Source: an uncultured delta proteobacterium
Lineage (GTDB): Bacteria > Myxococcota_A > Polyangia > Polyangiales > Polyangiaceae
Direction of reading: 5' to 3'
NCBI GenBank assembly: GCA_963782055.1
Contig: CAWAIF010000003.1
Coordinates: 736,001-800,000 of the forward strand
Length of the DNA stretch: 64,000 nucleotides
The translations under genes and the position numbers were made by a program. How positions within the stretch are numbered: position 1 is the stretch's first letter; each line of letters starts with the position of its first letter. Positions 1 to 10,436 of this stretch are shown here, piece after piece. Under the pieces are notes generated by a model that was not told where the DNA came from, ran no database searches, and saw only the letters and a list, made by a program, of their open reading frames with translations.

Positions 1-1
1 C

Positions 2-283
2 GCCGAGGAGCTCTCGCGCGGGGTACCCGGCGTCGATGTCGTGGCCAGGCGGATGGCGACGAGCGAGCGGACGCTGCGCCGCAGACTGGAGCACAACGGC
101 ACCTCCTTTCGCGAGCTGCTGGACGACACGCGCGCGCGGCTCGCCCGGAGCTACGTGCGCGACCGGCGGATGCCGCTGGCGGAGGTTGCCTTCATGCTCG
201 GCTTCTCCGAGCCGAGCGCATTCCACCGCGCCTTCAAGCGCTGGACGAGCACCACCCCGGCGGCCTGGCGCGCGCGCGGGTGA
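2..283 (+). CDS. AraC-family transcriptional regulator, C-terminal HTH (5' partial)
   Basis: SERTLRRRL...GTSFRELLD...VAFMLGFSEPSAFHRAFKRW is the AraC double-HTH signature. The frame is open back to the window start. Confidence 0.9.
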   Translation, partial: AEELSRGVPGVDVVARRMATSERTLRRRLEHNGTSFRELLDDTRARLARSYVRDRRMPLAEVAFMLGFSEPSAFHRAFKRWTSTTPAAWRARG

Positions 284-332
284 CGGCCCGCGGGTCTCGC
301 CGGCCGGCGGCGAGGTGGTAGAGTCGAGCGTC

Positions 333-1571
333 ATGCGCGCGCCTCTTCTCTTTGCCTTCGGCTTCACCTTCGCCGCCGCCGCGGTCACCCTCCTCGCCTG
401 CGGCGACGACACGCCGCAGACCTACGGCCCGACGTACGGCAAGGACTCCGGGCAGGACGGCACCGTCGGCGACGGGGGGCCCACCTCCGACGTCGCGGTC
501 GACGCGCCCGCGGACGGCGCGCTCCTGGACGCCCCTCCCGACGCGCCGGCGTGCGGCTCCACCACGGTGATCCTGGGCGGCAACGGCTCCAGCCTCTTCG
601 GCGGCGGCGGCGGCGGGTCCGCCGCGCTGGTCACCGCGACGCTCCCCGGGTCGGTCGCGGACCGCATCGCCGTCGCGCCGTACGGCACCGGCTTCGTCGC
701 CGCGCTGCGCGCGACCGGCGGCGCGCTCGAGTCCACGGTGTTCACCACCTCGTGGGCGGACCCGGCGCCCATCGCCGCGCGCACCGCGCGCGACGCCCCG
801 GCGCTCGCGAGCATCGGCGCCGTCGTCCACCTCGTCTACCAGTCGAACGACGCCGACGCGGGTGTAGACTACAAGTATTTCCACGGGCAGTACGCCAGCG
901 ACGCCTGGGACTCCGCCGACGATCCCGTCGGCGGCGGCGGCAACAGCCAGAGCTACGGCCCCCGGGCCCCGGGCGCCGCGGCGGTGGGGACGGATCTGGT
1001 CATCGCCCAGGCGGGCGACAACTCGGTGCTCTACGACCAGACCTGGAGCAGCACCTGGCAGGCCGCGCACGGGCAGAACGCCGCCGCCATCCAGAAGGAC
1101 ATCCCTCCGACGATCGTCGCGCTCACCGGCGGCTCCGCCGACCTGATGATCGCCTACATGCGCGACGGCGATTACAAGATCATGAGCGTCACGCGTTCGG
1201 GCGGGACGTGGAGCGCGCCGGTGCTGGTGAACACCACCGCGTACGCCAACGATCCGGTCGCCGTCGCGCCGATGGCGGGCGGCAAGGCGATCCTCGTCTT
1301 CCGCGGCACCGACATGAAGCCCTACTTCAGCCTCTACGACGGGCAGGGCGCGTGGTCGGCGCCGGCGGCGGTGGTCGCCCAGAGCTCGCCCACCGTCGCC
1401 TCGACGCCGTCGGTCGCGACAGGCGTGTGCGGCGACGACGCGGTGATCGCCTACGCCGCGAACGGCGGCGGGGTCGAGCTGGTGCACCTCCAGGGCGGCG
1501 CACCGCTCCCGCCCGTGCAGGTCAGCGGCACCACCGGCGCGCAGTTCGTGGCGGTCGCGACGCGGCCGTGA
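333..1571 (+). CDS. Lipoprotein with probable beta-propeller (lectin-like) repeats
   Basis: Lipobox LLAC, DAG-rich linker, and ~50-aa repeats with PALA/PTIV/PVAV/PSVA and W-x-x-P motifs. TAGAGT lies upstream of ATG333. Confidence 0.7.
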   Translation: MRAPLLFAFGFTFAAAAVTLLACGDDTPQTYGPTYGKDSGQDGTVGDGGPTSDVAVDAPADGALLDAPPDAPACGSTTVILGGNGSSLFGGGGGGSAALVTATLPGSVADRIAVAPYGTGFVAALRATGGALESTVFTTSWADPAPIAARTARDAPALASIGAVVHLVYQSNDADAGVDYKYFHGQYASDAWDSADDPVGGGGNSQSYGPRAPGAAAVGTDLVIAQAGDNSVLYDQTWSSTWQAAHGQNAAAIQKDIPPTIVALTGGSADLMIAYMRDGDYKIMSVTRSGGTWSAPVLVNTTAYANDPVAVAPMAGGKAILVFRGTDMKPYFSLYDGQGAWSAPAAVVAQSSPTVASTPSVATGVCGDDAVIAYAANGGGVELVHLQGGAPLPPVQVSGTTGAQFVAVATRP

Positions 1572-1668
1572 GGTCGTGACCGCGGCTCCGCGCGCGCGTA
1601 ACGCGATGTAACGCGGAGGGGACGCTCGCGGCTGCATGGTCGGGTGGACGGCCCCGTCCATCGCACAC

Positions 1669-3375
1669 ATGAAGCGCATGTTCTTGTCTTGCGCCGCGGG
1701 CTTCGTGCTCGCGTGCGGTCCGTCCTCTCCGGTCCAGCCCGTGCCCGGTGGCGATGACGCGGGGGCCCCGATGGGCGACGCGTCTCCGCCGACCGGCGAC
1801 GCGGCGCCTCCCGACGCGGGCGTCGGCGACGCCGGACCGGTCGACCCGGGCCCGCCCCTCGCCCCGCGCCTCATCGGCCCGCTCTCCACCATGCGCGCCA
1901 CCTCCCGCCGGCCGACGCTCCACTGGAAGCTCGCCGGCGGCGCGACGGGCGCGCACGTGGAGGTGTGCGCCGATCACGCGTGCAACACCGTCCTCACCAC
2001 CTTCGACGCGCAGGGGACCTCCGGCGCGCCATCGGTCGACCTGCCGCCGGGCGTCGTCTTCTGGCGCGCGTACGGGACGGGTGGCGGCGTGACGACCGCG
2101 AAGGCGAGCCCGCCGTGGGAGCTGGTCATCCCGCCCGTGAGCGCGCCGGTCGACACCGCGTGGGGCACCATGCTGGACGTGGACGGCGACGGCCTCGCCG
2201 AGCTGGCCGTGGGCGCCCCGGACGACGCGGGCTGGGTGGGCAAGGTCTACGTGTACATGGGGAGCCACGACGGGCCGTCGGGCAGCAGCACCATCCAGAG
2301 CCTGACCGGCATCGACGGCAACGGCGCCGGCTACGCGATGTCGGTATCGTCGGCGGGGGACGTGGACGGCGACGGCTACGCCGATCTCGCCGTCGGCGCC
2401 GAGACGCTGGACGAGGTCTACGTCTACCGCGGCAACGCGCTCACCCTGCCGGGGAAGCCTTCGTACACGCTGCAGGGCATCCACCCGACGGCGATCGGCG
2501 ACGTGGACGGCGACGGCTACGGCGATCTGGCGCTGCAAGGTCCGAACGACGCGCTGTACCTCTACCCCGGGAGCGCCAGCGGACCTCCCAAGGCGCCGAC
2601 GGTCTTGCCCGCGCCGCAGGGCGCGCAGGGCTTCGCGCACGAGATCGCCGGCGGCGACATCAACGGCGACGGCTATGGCGATCTGCTCGTCGCCGACTTC
2701 AAGCCGCACCCCGACCTGTACGTGTACCTCGGCGGTCCCGGCGGCTTGCCGTCGGCGCCGTCGGCGACCATCGCCTCGCCGGTGTGGCTCGGTCTCGTCC
2801 CGACGGGCGCCTTCGGCTTCAACCAGATCGGCACCGGCGACGTGAACGGCGACGGCTACGCCGACGTGGTCACCCTCGGGCACCACGACGACACCAGCAT
2901 CGACTGCCCGGTGTACCTCTTCCGCGGCGGCTCCTCGGGCCTCGCGTCGACGCCGGACGCCGATACGCCGCTCGCCACCGGATGCCACGTCTCGCAGATG
3001 TATCTCGCCTCCAGCGGCGACGTGAACGGTGACGGCTACGCCGACGCGGTGGTGAGCTTGCCGAGCGGCCTGCAGACCAAGGGCGTCGCGTACGTCTTCG
3101 ACGGCTCCTCCTCCGGCTTGCCCGCCTCGCCCACCAGCACCTTCGAGCCCTTCCCCGGGTTCACCTACGGCAACGCGGTGCTCTCCACCGACATCAACGG
3201 CGACGGCAAGGCGGACCCGGTGTTCGGCGCGAGCGCCTACTTCGTCCGAGCGTACATGAGCTCCGGGACCCCGCTCACACGCACGCTGAGCGGACCGGTC
3301 AGCTCCGCCTTCGGCGAGTGCGGCTCCTGCCTCGCCCTGGATCCGCGTCGAGCGCGGCTCAATCCCGCCGGATGA
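1669..3375 (+). CDS. FG-GAP/VCBS repeat lipoprotein (integrin-alpha-like)
   Basis: Lipobox VLAC and seven GDV(D/N)GDGYAD-type repeats with LAVGA and VYVY motifs. Confidence 0.9.
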   Translation: MKRMFLSCAAGFVLACGPSSPVQPVPGGDDAGAPMGDASPPTGDAAPPDAGVGDAGPVDPGPPLAPRLIGPLSTMRATSRRPTLHWKLAGGATGAHVEVCADHACNTVLTTFDAQGTSGAPSVDLPPGVVFWRAYGTGGGVTTAKASPPWELVIPPVSAPVDTAWGTMLDVDGDGLAELAVGAPDDAGWVGKVYVYMGSHDGPSGSSTIQSLTGIDGNGAGYAMSVSSAGDVDGDGYADLAVGAETLDEVYVYRGNALTLPGKPSYTLQGIHPTAIGDVDGDGYGDLALQGPNDALYLYPGSASGPPKAPTVLPAPQGAQGFAHEIAGGDINGDGYGDLLVADFKPHPDLYVYLGGPGGLPSAPSATIASPVWLGLVPTGAFGFNQIGTGDVNGDGYADVVTLGHHDDTSIDCPVYLFRGGSSGLASTPDADTPLATGCHVSQMYLASSGDVNGDGYADAVVSLPSGLQTKGVAYVFDGSSSGLPASPTSTFEPFPGFTYGNAVLSTDINGDGKADPVFGASAYFVRAYMSSGTPLTRTLSGPVSSAFGECGSCLALDPRRARLNPAG

Positions 3376-4366
3376 CGCAGCGCGGGTCGCCGGTGACGCA
3401 GCACCGTGCGTTGTAGCGCGCGGTCATGTTGTGGACGTCCTCCGCGCCCGGCGCGGTGAGGCGGTGCAGCGAGAGGATGGCCGCGCGCGCCTCCCCACAT
3501 TGGCCTGCCTGGATGGCGCTCCCCGCGAAGTTCAGGCGATCGGAGGTGAGCATGGTGGCGAAGGGGTAGCTCTGGTCGATGCGCCAGCAGCGCACGCCCG
3601 CCCCCGCGACGAGCGCGGCGCACGCGATCAGGATGCCCGTCGTGAGGCCCTTGCTGTAGGGACGCCCGCGGCGCCACATCACGGCGATGGCGGCGCCGGA
3701 GATCGCCCCGCCGGCGTGCGCCGCGTTGTCGAAGCCGCCGCTCGCGCCGCCGAGCCGGATGAGGAAGCTGACCACCAGGCCGAGGCCCAGGATGGTGAGC
3801 AGCCAGCCGCCCATCATCCGCATGATGGGGCTCTTCGGTCCCTCCAGCCGGTAGCCGATGACGAGCGCCGCGCCGATGAGGCCGCAGATCGCCCCCGACG
3901 CGCCGACTCCCAGGCGTTGCCCGCCGCTCAGCCAGCCGAAGAAGGTGCTGCCGGCGCTGCCCACGATGCCGCTCGCCACGTAGAGGGGCGCCATGCGCCC
4001 CACGCCGACGGCGCGCTCCACGAAGGGACCGATCTGCCGGAGCGCGACCATGTTGAAGGCGATGTGCAGCAGCGAGCCGTGGACGAAGCACGAGGTGAGC
4101 AGCGTCTCGTAGCGGCCCTCGTAGACGGTGGCCCCGGCGTAGTTGCCCCCGAAGGCGAGCAAGGTGTCGCCGGGCATGTTGGTCAGCGAGCCGAGGCCCC
4201 CGTGCCAGACCTGGGCCGCGAACACGACGACGTTCATCGCGATGATGGCGAAGGTCAGCGGCGAGGTCCGAAAGAGCGAGGCCTCCGGTGCTCGCCGCGG
4301 CGGCGCGCGGAGCGGCGCCGGGGTGGGGCCGATGGGCCGGGGGACCGGGGATCCGGACGTGCTCAC
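3359..4366 (-). CDS. Rhomboid-family intramembrane serine protease
   Basis: HGSLLHIAFNM, catalytic GASG and AHAGG motifs, multiple TM segments. GTG start preceded by TATCGT. Confidence 0.9.
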   Translation of the reverse strand: MSTSGSPVPRPIGPTPAPLRAPPRRAPEASLFRTSPLTFAIIAMNVVVFAAQVWHGGLGSLTNMPGDTLLAFGGNYAGATVYEGRYETLLTSCFVHGSLLHIAFNMVALRQIGPFVERAVGVGRMAPLYVASGIVGSAGSTFFGWLSGGQRLGVGASGAICGLIGAALVIGYRLEGPKSPIMRMMGGWLLTILGLGLVVSFLIRLGGASGGFDNAAHAGGAISGAAIAVMWRRGRPYSKGLTTGILIACAALVAGAGVRCWRIDQSYPFATMLTSDRLNFAGSAIQAGQCGEARAAILSLHRLTAPGAEDVHNMTARYNARCCVTGDPRCVIRRD

Positions 4367-4453
4367 CCGCGGACGATAACACGCCCGCCGCGCCGCCCCA
4401 TCCCCCCGAAACTTGGCCGCCGCGCGAGCCACCTGGTAACGCCCTGGCGTCGG

Positions 4454-6592
4454 ATGGAGCTCCTCGTACGCGCTTCGCTCTCCGTGCGGCGTCTCTGGCG
4501 CTGGGGACACGGCCTCGCGATCGCGTGCGCGGTCGCCGCGTTCGTGGTGGGCGGGGGGACGACCGCCGCCGCGGGCCTCGCCGGGCTCGCGCCGCTCGTG
4601 CTGGTGGTGGCGCTCGTCGCCGTGCGCGCCCGCAAGAAGCTCACCCTCGCGGACGAGGCGCCCTTCCACGTCGACCTGGACCTCGGCATCCTGCTGGCCA
4701 CCGCGCTCATCGGGGCGCTGATCCGCGTCGACGGCACGCCCGACGGTCCCTTCGGCCCCACCGCGTACCTGCTCGTGGCCTTCCTCGCCGCCTTCACGCG
4801 GCCGGCCGCCGCGGTGTTCGCCGCCCTCTGGCTGCTCGGGCTGGACTTCGCCGTCCGTCGCTGGCTCCTCGCCGACGCCGACCTGCACGCGTGGGCGCGC
4901 CACGCCGGCCTGCTCGCCGCCTTCGCCGCGCTCAACCTCCTGCTGCTCCGCGCCGAGGTCGCGCGCATCCGCCGCGCCGCGCGCGCGCGCATCGAGCAGG
5001 AGCTGAAGCGCCTGAAGGACGACGCGCGCAGCTACCGCCTGCTCGGCGCCGGCGACGGCCACGGCGGGGAGGACCGGCTGGAGCGCTCCAGCGTGGAGGA
5101 GATCCAGAAGGCGGTGCACTACGCCCTGGACCTGCTCCGCCGCACGCTGGACCTCAACACCGCGGTGCTGCTCTGGCTCAACGACGCCGGCACCCACCTG
5201 CGCATCAGCGAGCTCTCCACCGGCTCCGACGACATCCACGACGCGCCCCTGCCCATCGGCGACGGCGTCCTGGGCGCGGTGGCGGCGCGCGGCGAGCGCG
5301 TCTCGCTCTCCAACCTCAAGCCCTCCTACAAGGTGCCCTACTACTCCGGCGCGTGCCCGGTGCGCGTGCTCCTCGCCATCCCCATCATGGAGGACCACAA
5401 GCTGCGCGGGATCCTGGTCATCGACCGCGCGAAGAACGACCCGTTCACCCTGCACGAGGAGGAGCTCACCGCGCAGGCCGCGCGCTACTGCACCCGCGCC
5501 ATCCAGAACGAGCGCGTCTTCGTGCAGCTCGAGCGCGCCAAGGTGGAGCAGGGCAAGCTCTATCGCGCGGCGCAGTCGCTCGGCGCGGCGCTCAGCGAGA
5601 AGGACGTGCTCGACGCGGGCGTGCGCGCTGCCCGGGAGATCGCCAGCTTCGACCTCGCGGCGGTGACGCTCTACGACGAGGCCGCGCGCTCGCACCAGGT
5701 GGTGGCGGCGACGAGCCACGCCGGGGAGATCGACGACCTGGTCGGCGCGAAGTTCGGCCACAACGCCGGCCTCGTTTCCATGGTGGTGCAGAACAAGTTC
5801 CCGCTCCCCTACAAGGGGGAGTACGACCCCTCGCGGCAGGTGGTCCTCACGCGCCACTACCCCTGGCCGAAGCTGCCCAGCCTGCTCGTCTTGCCGCTGG
5901 TGCTCCACGACCGGCCGCTCGGCACCCTCATCCTCGGCGCGCGCCGGCGCCACGCCTTCGGGGACGCGGTGCGCCCCACGCTGGAGGTCCTGGCGAGCCA
6001 CCTCGCGGTCTCGCTGTCCAACGCCCGGATGGTCGCCAAGCTGGAGCAGATGGCGACGACCGACGGCCTCACCGGTTTGCTCAACAAGCGCGCCATGCTG
6101 GACGCCGCCCACCAGAAGGTCGCCGCCGCGGCGCGCTTCGGCCGCAAGCTGAGCGTGCTCATCGCCGACATCGACTTCTTCAAGAAGGTCAACGACACCT
6201 ACGGCCACGACGTGGGCGACGTCGTCATCAAGGGCCTCGGCGAGATCCTCAAGCGTCAGAAGCGCGCGACCGACCTCGTGGCGCGCTTCGGGGGCGAGGA
6301 GTTCGTCGTCCTCTGCGAGCAGACCGACGAGAAGGGCGCCATGCTCCTCGCCGAGCGCATCCGCGAGGAGCTGGGCAAGACGACCTTCCACGCCGAGCAG
6401 GGCACCTTCTCGGTCACCTGCTCCATCGGCGTCGCCACCTTCCCGGAGGCGGGCCGCGAGTGGGAGGCCCTCTTCAAGGCCTCCGACGAGGCGCTCTACG
6501 TCTCCAAGCGCTCCGGCCGCGACCGCTCCACCGCGTGGAGCCCGTCCAGGGCGCCCGGGGCGCCACCGAGCACGAAGCGCCTGGCGGGTTAG
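4454..6592 (+). CDS. Membrane-anchored diguanylate cyclase (TM-GAF-GAF-GGDEF)
   Basis: N-terminal TM helices, two GAF-like domains, TDGLTGLLN, DIDFFKKVND and ARFGGEEF. Confidence 0.93.
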   Translation: MELLVRASLSVRRLWRWGHGLAIACAVAAFVVGGGTTAAAGLAGLAPLVLVVALVAVRARKKLTLADEAPFHVDLDLGILLATALIGALIRVDGTPDGPFGPTAYLLVAFLAAFTRPAAAVFAALWLLGLDFAVRRWLLADADLHAWARHAGLLAAFAALNLLLLRAEVARIRRAARARIEQELKRLKDDARSYRLLGAGDGHGGEDRLERSSVEEIQKAVHYALDLLRRTLDLNTAVLLWLNDAGTHLRISELSTGSDDIHDAPLPIGDGVLGAVAARGERVSLSNLKPSYKVPYYSGACPVRVLLAIPIMEDHKLRGILVIDRAKNDPFTLHEEELTAQAARYCTRAIQNERVFVQLERAKVEQGKLYRAAQSLGAALSEKDVLDAGVRAAREIASFDLAAVTLYDEAARSHQVVAATSHAGEIDDLVGAKFGHNAGLVSMVVQNKFPLPYKGEYDPSRQVVLTRHYPWPKLPSLLVLPLVLHDRPLGTLILGARRRHAFGDAVRPTLEVLASHLAVSLSNARMVAKLEQMATTDGLTGLLNKRAMLDAAHQKVAAAARFGRKLSVLIADIDFFKKVNDTYGHDVGDVVIKGLGEILKRQKRATDLVARFGGEEFVVLCEQTDEKGAMLLAERIREELGKTTFHAEQGTFSVTCSIGVATFPEAGREWEALFKASDEALYVSKRSGRDRSTAWSPSRAPGAPPSTKRLAG

Positions 6593-7017
6593 TCCTTCTT
6601 CGGCACCGGGTGCAGCGCGCAGTGGCCCGCCACGCACCCGCACGCGTTGGCGTCGCTCGTCGCGCAGCGCATCTCCTGGGTGCACATCGTCCCGGGCTTG
6701 CGGGGCTCCGCCTTCGCCTTCGCCACGCACGCCGCCGCGTGGCACGGCGTCGAGGGCGCGCAGTCGGCGTCCGTGGTGCACGCGTCGTCGGAGGGCAGCG
6801 GCTCGCACAGGGAGCAGCCGCAGAGCTTCGGCCCGCCGCCGGACATGTCGACCGCCGCGGGCGCCGCGTCCACCTGCTGCATGCCAGCGCCCGACCCGCC
6901 GTCGCCCAGGGTGACGGTCGGCGTCTTCGCGCCGCCGGAGTCGGCGGCGCCGGGGCCGCACGCGGCGGCGAGGACGAGGGCGGAGCAGGTCAGGCCCGGC
7001 GCGACGGATCGCATCAT
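6589..7017 (-). CDS. Small Cys-rich lipoprotein
   Basis: Lipobox AAAC and C-terminal Cys cluster (CTTDADC...CGCVAGHC). TAGCGT lies 6 nt upstream of ATG. Confidence 0.75.
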   Translation of the reverse strand: MMRSVAPGLTCSALVLAAACGPGAADSGGAKTPTVTLGDGGSGAGMQQVDAAPAAVDMSGGGPKLCGCSLCEPLPSDDACTTDADCAPSTPCHAAACVAKAKAEPRKPGTMCTQEMRCATSDANACGCVAGHCALHPVPKKD

Positions 7018-7061
7018 CCCGCCACGCTAGGTCAGCGCGCGCGATTCGGCCATGCCCTTCG

Positions 7062-8954
7062 TCAGGGGTGGACCTCCAGGTCGTAGTCGATGTGCGGGAT
7101 GGTCTGCCCGTTGTTGGGGTCCGGGTAGACGTGCACGAGGATGTCGCGCCACGACTCGCCCATGGTGCCGGCGACGCTCTTGCTGGGCACCTCCGGCTCG
7201 CTGTCCACGGTTCCGCACGTCGGTCCCGAGATGAGGTCGGGGTCCCAGCCTGCGATCTGGTAGTCCTCCGAGTACCAGTACAGCTCCACGCACACGCTCT
7301 TGTCCGTGTTGACGCCGCTCGTCGGCTTGCGGATGGCCGCGCCCACCGAGAAGTTCACGGGCCCCGCGCTGTAGGCGTACCAGTCGTCGTCGGCGCCGCA
7401 GAGGTTCAGGTTCTTCAGCGTGATGGTGTTGCTGCCGCTGATCTGCCCGGCGATGGTCTGGTTCACGCCCTGCTGCCACGTGGCGTTGGGCTCCCAGGTG
7501 TCGGGCAGGCACTGCGGGGGCGGCGGCGCGGTCGCGTAGAGATCCTGGTAGAGCGCGGTCACGTCGTCGTCGACGATCTCGAGCGCCTTCTTCCAGTGGT
7601 CCTCGAAGTTCACGGTGGCCTGCTCGTCGGCGCCGTCCTTCTTGTAGTCGATCACGGCCTCCGTCGCGATCGCGAACACGCAGCTCAGGGCGGCGCCCGC
7701 CACCTTCTGCTTGTTCTCCGACATGATCTCCTCGAGCGACTCGTCGGGCACCTGCATCTTCCACGAGACGACGCCGTTCACCGCCAGCGCGTAGTTGCCG
7801 ATCTTCACGCCGAAGAGGGCCTGTTCGAGCTCGGTCAGGCTGACGGTCTGTGTGAGCGAGTAGCGACCCTTGAGGAGCTGACCGACGAGGCCGTCGACCG
7901 TCTCGAAGCCGAACTCGATTCCCTTGGTGTTCATCTCCTCGGGGTTGTAGACGCCGATGTAGCCCTCGCGGACCTTCTGCGCGAGCGCGATGAGCGACTC
8001 GCCCACGGTGGTCAGCTCCTGCTGCTGCGCCGGCGTGTAGTCCTGCGGGGGGGACTTGTCGAGCTGGTCGAGCAGGTAGTTGTACTTGTAGAGCGCCACC
8101 CGGAGCTGCGTCTCCAGCGCCGTCTCTGGCGCGTCGCCCACGCGCGGCTTGGTCCAGCCGATCAGGTTCTTGCCGATGACGTTGCCGCAGAAGAGGCTCG
8201 CCGCCTTCTCCGGCAGCTCCTCCGTGGCGATCTGCATGGCGGCGTAGCCGACGCCCTTCTCCAGCGCCATCGGGATGCCCGCGAACGCGATGGACGCGAG
8301 GTCCGCGGTGACGGACCCCGCGATGGCGCACGCGTCGTGGTGCAGCGGCTCGAAGAAGAGGCAGGTGTTCTCCACCAGGTCCTTCATCACCATGCCGACG
8401 ACGGTGGCCGCCGCGGCCATCATGACCGCCTCGATGGAGATGGTGAAGCTCAGGCCGAGCAGGGTGAACTGGCTGCTGAAGGGGTTGTCCGCCGGCGTGA
8501 AGACGTACCGGTCGCCGTTCGCCCCCTGCAGGTCTTTGCCCTGCACGGTGCCGCTCTGGTCCTTGCCGTCGATGGGGCCGTTGAAGACCATCGGCGCGTA
8601 CTTGTCGTTGTCGTCCAGGACCAGATACGAGGCCGCGTCCTTCATGGCGCCGACCATCACCCGCAAGCCAGGCACCCCGACGCCCTTGTCGTCCTTGGTG
8701 TAGAGCTCGAACATGCCCTTGTGCGCCGGCGAGTAGAAGCGCGCGGCGCCGTCCGGGCCGGAGCTCGCCGTGCCCCACTCCACGCCGTCGGCGCCGGCCA
8801 CCATCTTGACGATGCCGTTGTCCGCCAGCCACTGGTCGAGGTCGGCTCCGGGGTCGTCGACCGAGGGCGCGCCGCTCCCGACGTCGGCGGAGCACCCGCC
8901 GAGGACCACGCCGAGGATCACGAGGACGAAGAAAAGGAGGGTGCGTCGGACCAT
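7062..8954 (-). CDS. Hypothetical ~630-aa lipoprotein with central hydrophobic helical region and C-terminal PPC-like domain
   Basis: Lipobox LGGC, strong codon bias, and C-terminal DTWEPN...LCGADDDWY motif. Confidence 0.75.
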   Translation of the reverse strand: MVRRTLLFFVLVILGVVLGGCSADVGSGAPSVDDPGADLDQWLADNGIVKMVAGADGVEWGTASSGPDGAARFYSPAHKGMFELYTKDDKGVGVPGLRVMVGAMKDAASYLVLDDNDKYAPMVFNGPIDGKDQSGTVQGKDLQGANGDRYVFTPADNPFSSQFTLLGLSFTISIEAVMMAAAATVVGMVMKDLVENTCLFFEPLHHDACAIAGSVTADLASIAFAGIPMALEKGVGYAAMQIATEELPEKAASLFCGNVIGKNLIGWTKPRVGDAPETALETQLRVALYKYNYLLDQLDKSPPQDYTPAQQQELTTVGESLIALAQKVREGYIGVYNPEEMNTKGIEFGFETVDGLVGQLLKGRYSLTQTVSLTELEQALFGVKIGNYALAVNGVVSWKMQVPDESLEEIMSENKQKVAGAALSCVFAIATEAVIDYKKDGADEQATVNFEDHWKKALEIVDDDVTALYQDLYATAPPPPQCLPDTWEPNATWQQGVNQTIAGQISGSNTITLKNLNLCGADDDWYAYSAGPVNFSVGAAIRKPTSGVNTDKSVCVELYWYSEDYQIAGWDPDLISGPTCGTVDSEPEVPSKSVAGTMGESWRDILVHVYPDPNNGQTIPHIDYDLEVHP

Positions 8955-8966
8955 GCCGCCCACCCC

Positions 8967-8982
8967 AGCAAGCCCCGGACCA
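8967..8982 (-). promoter_or_regulatory. Putative sigma-54 (-24/-12) promoter
   Basis: Minus strand reads TGGTCCGGGGCTTGCT (GG-N10-GC) just upstream of ATG8954 and is divergent from a sigma-54 activator gene. Confidence 0.6.
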
Positions 8983-9090
8983 GCCTGCGGCGGCGCGTTT
9001 CCCGTGCAAATTCGCCGGCGCTACGAACCCCCCGTTCGTCACCACGATCGATTCGATCATGGTCGGGGACGGTACGGCATACTGCACCCG

Positions 9091-10431
<1,341 letters not shown>

Positions 10432-10436
10432 CGCGG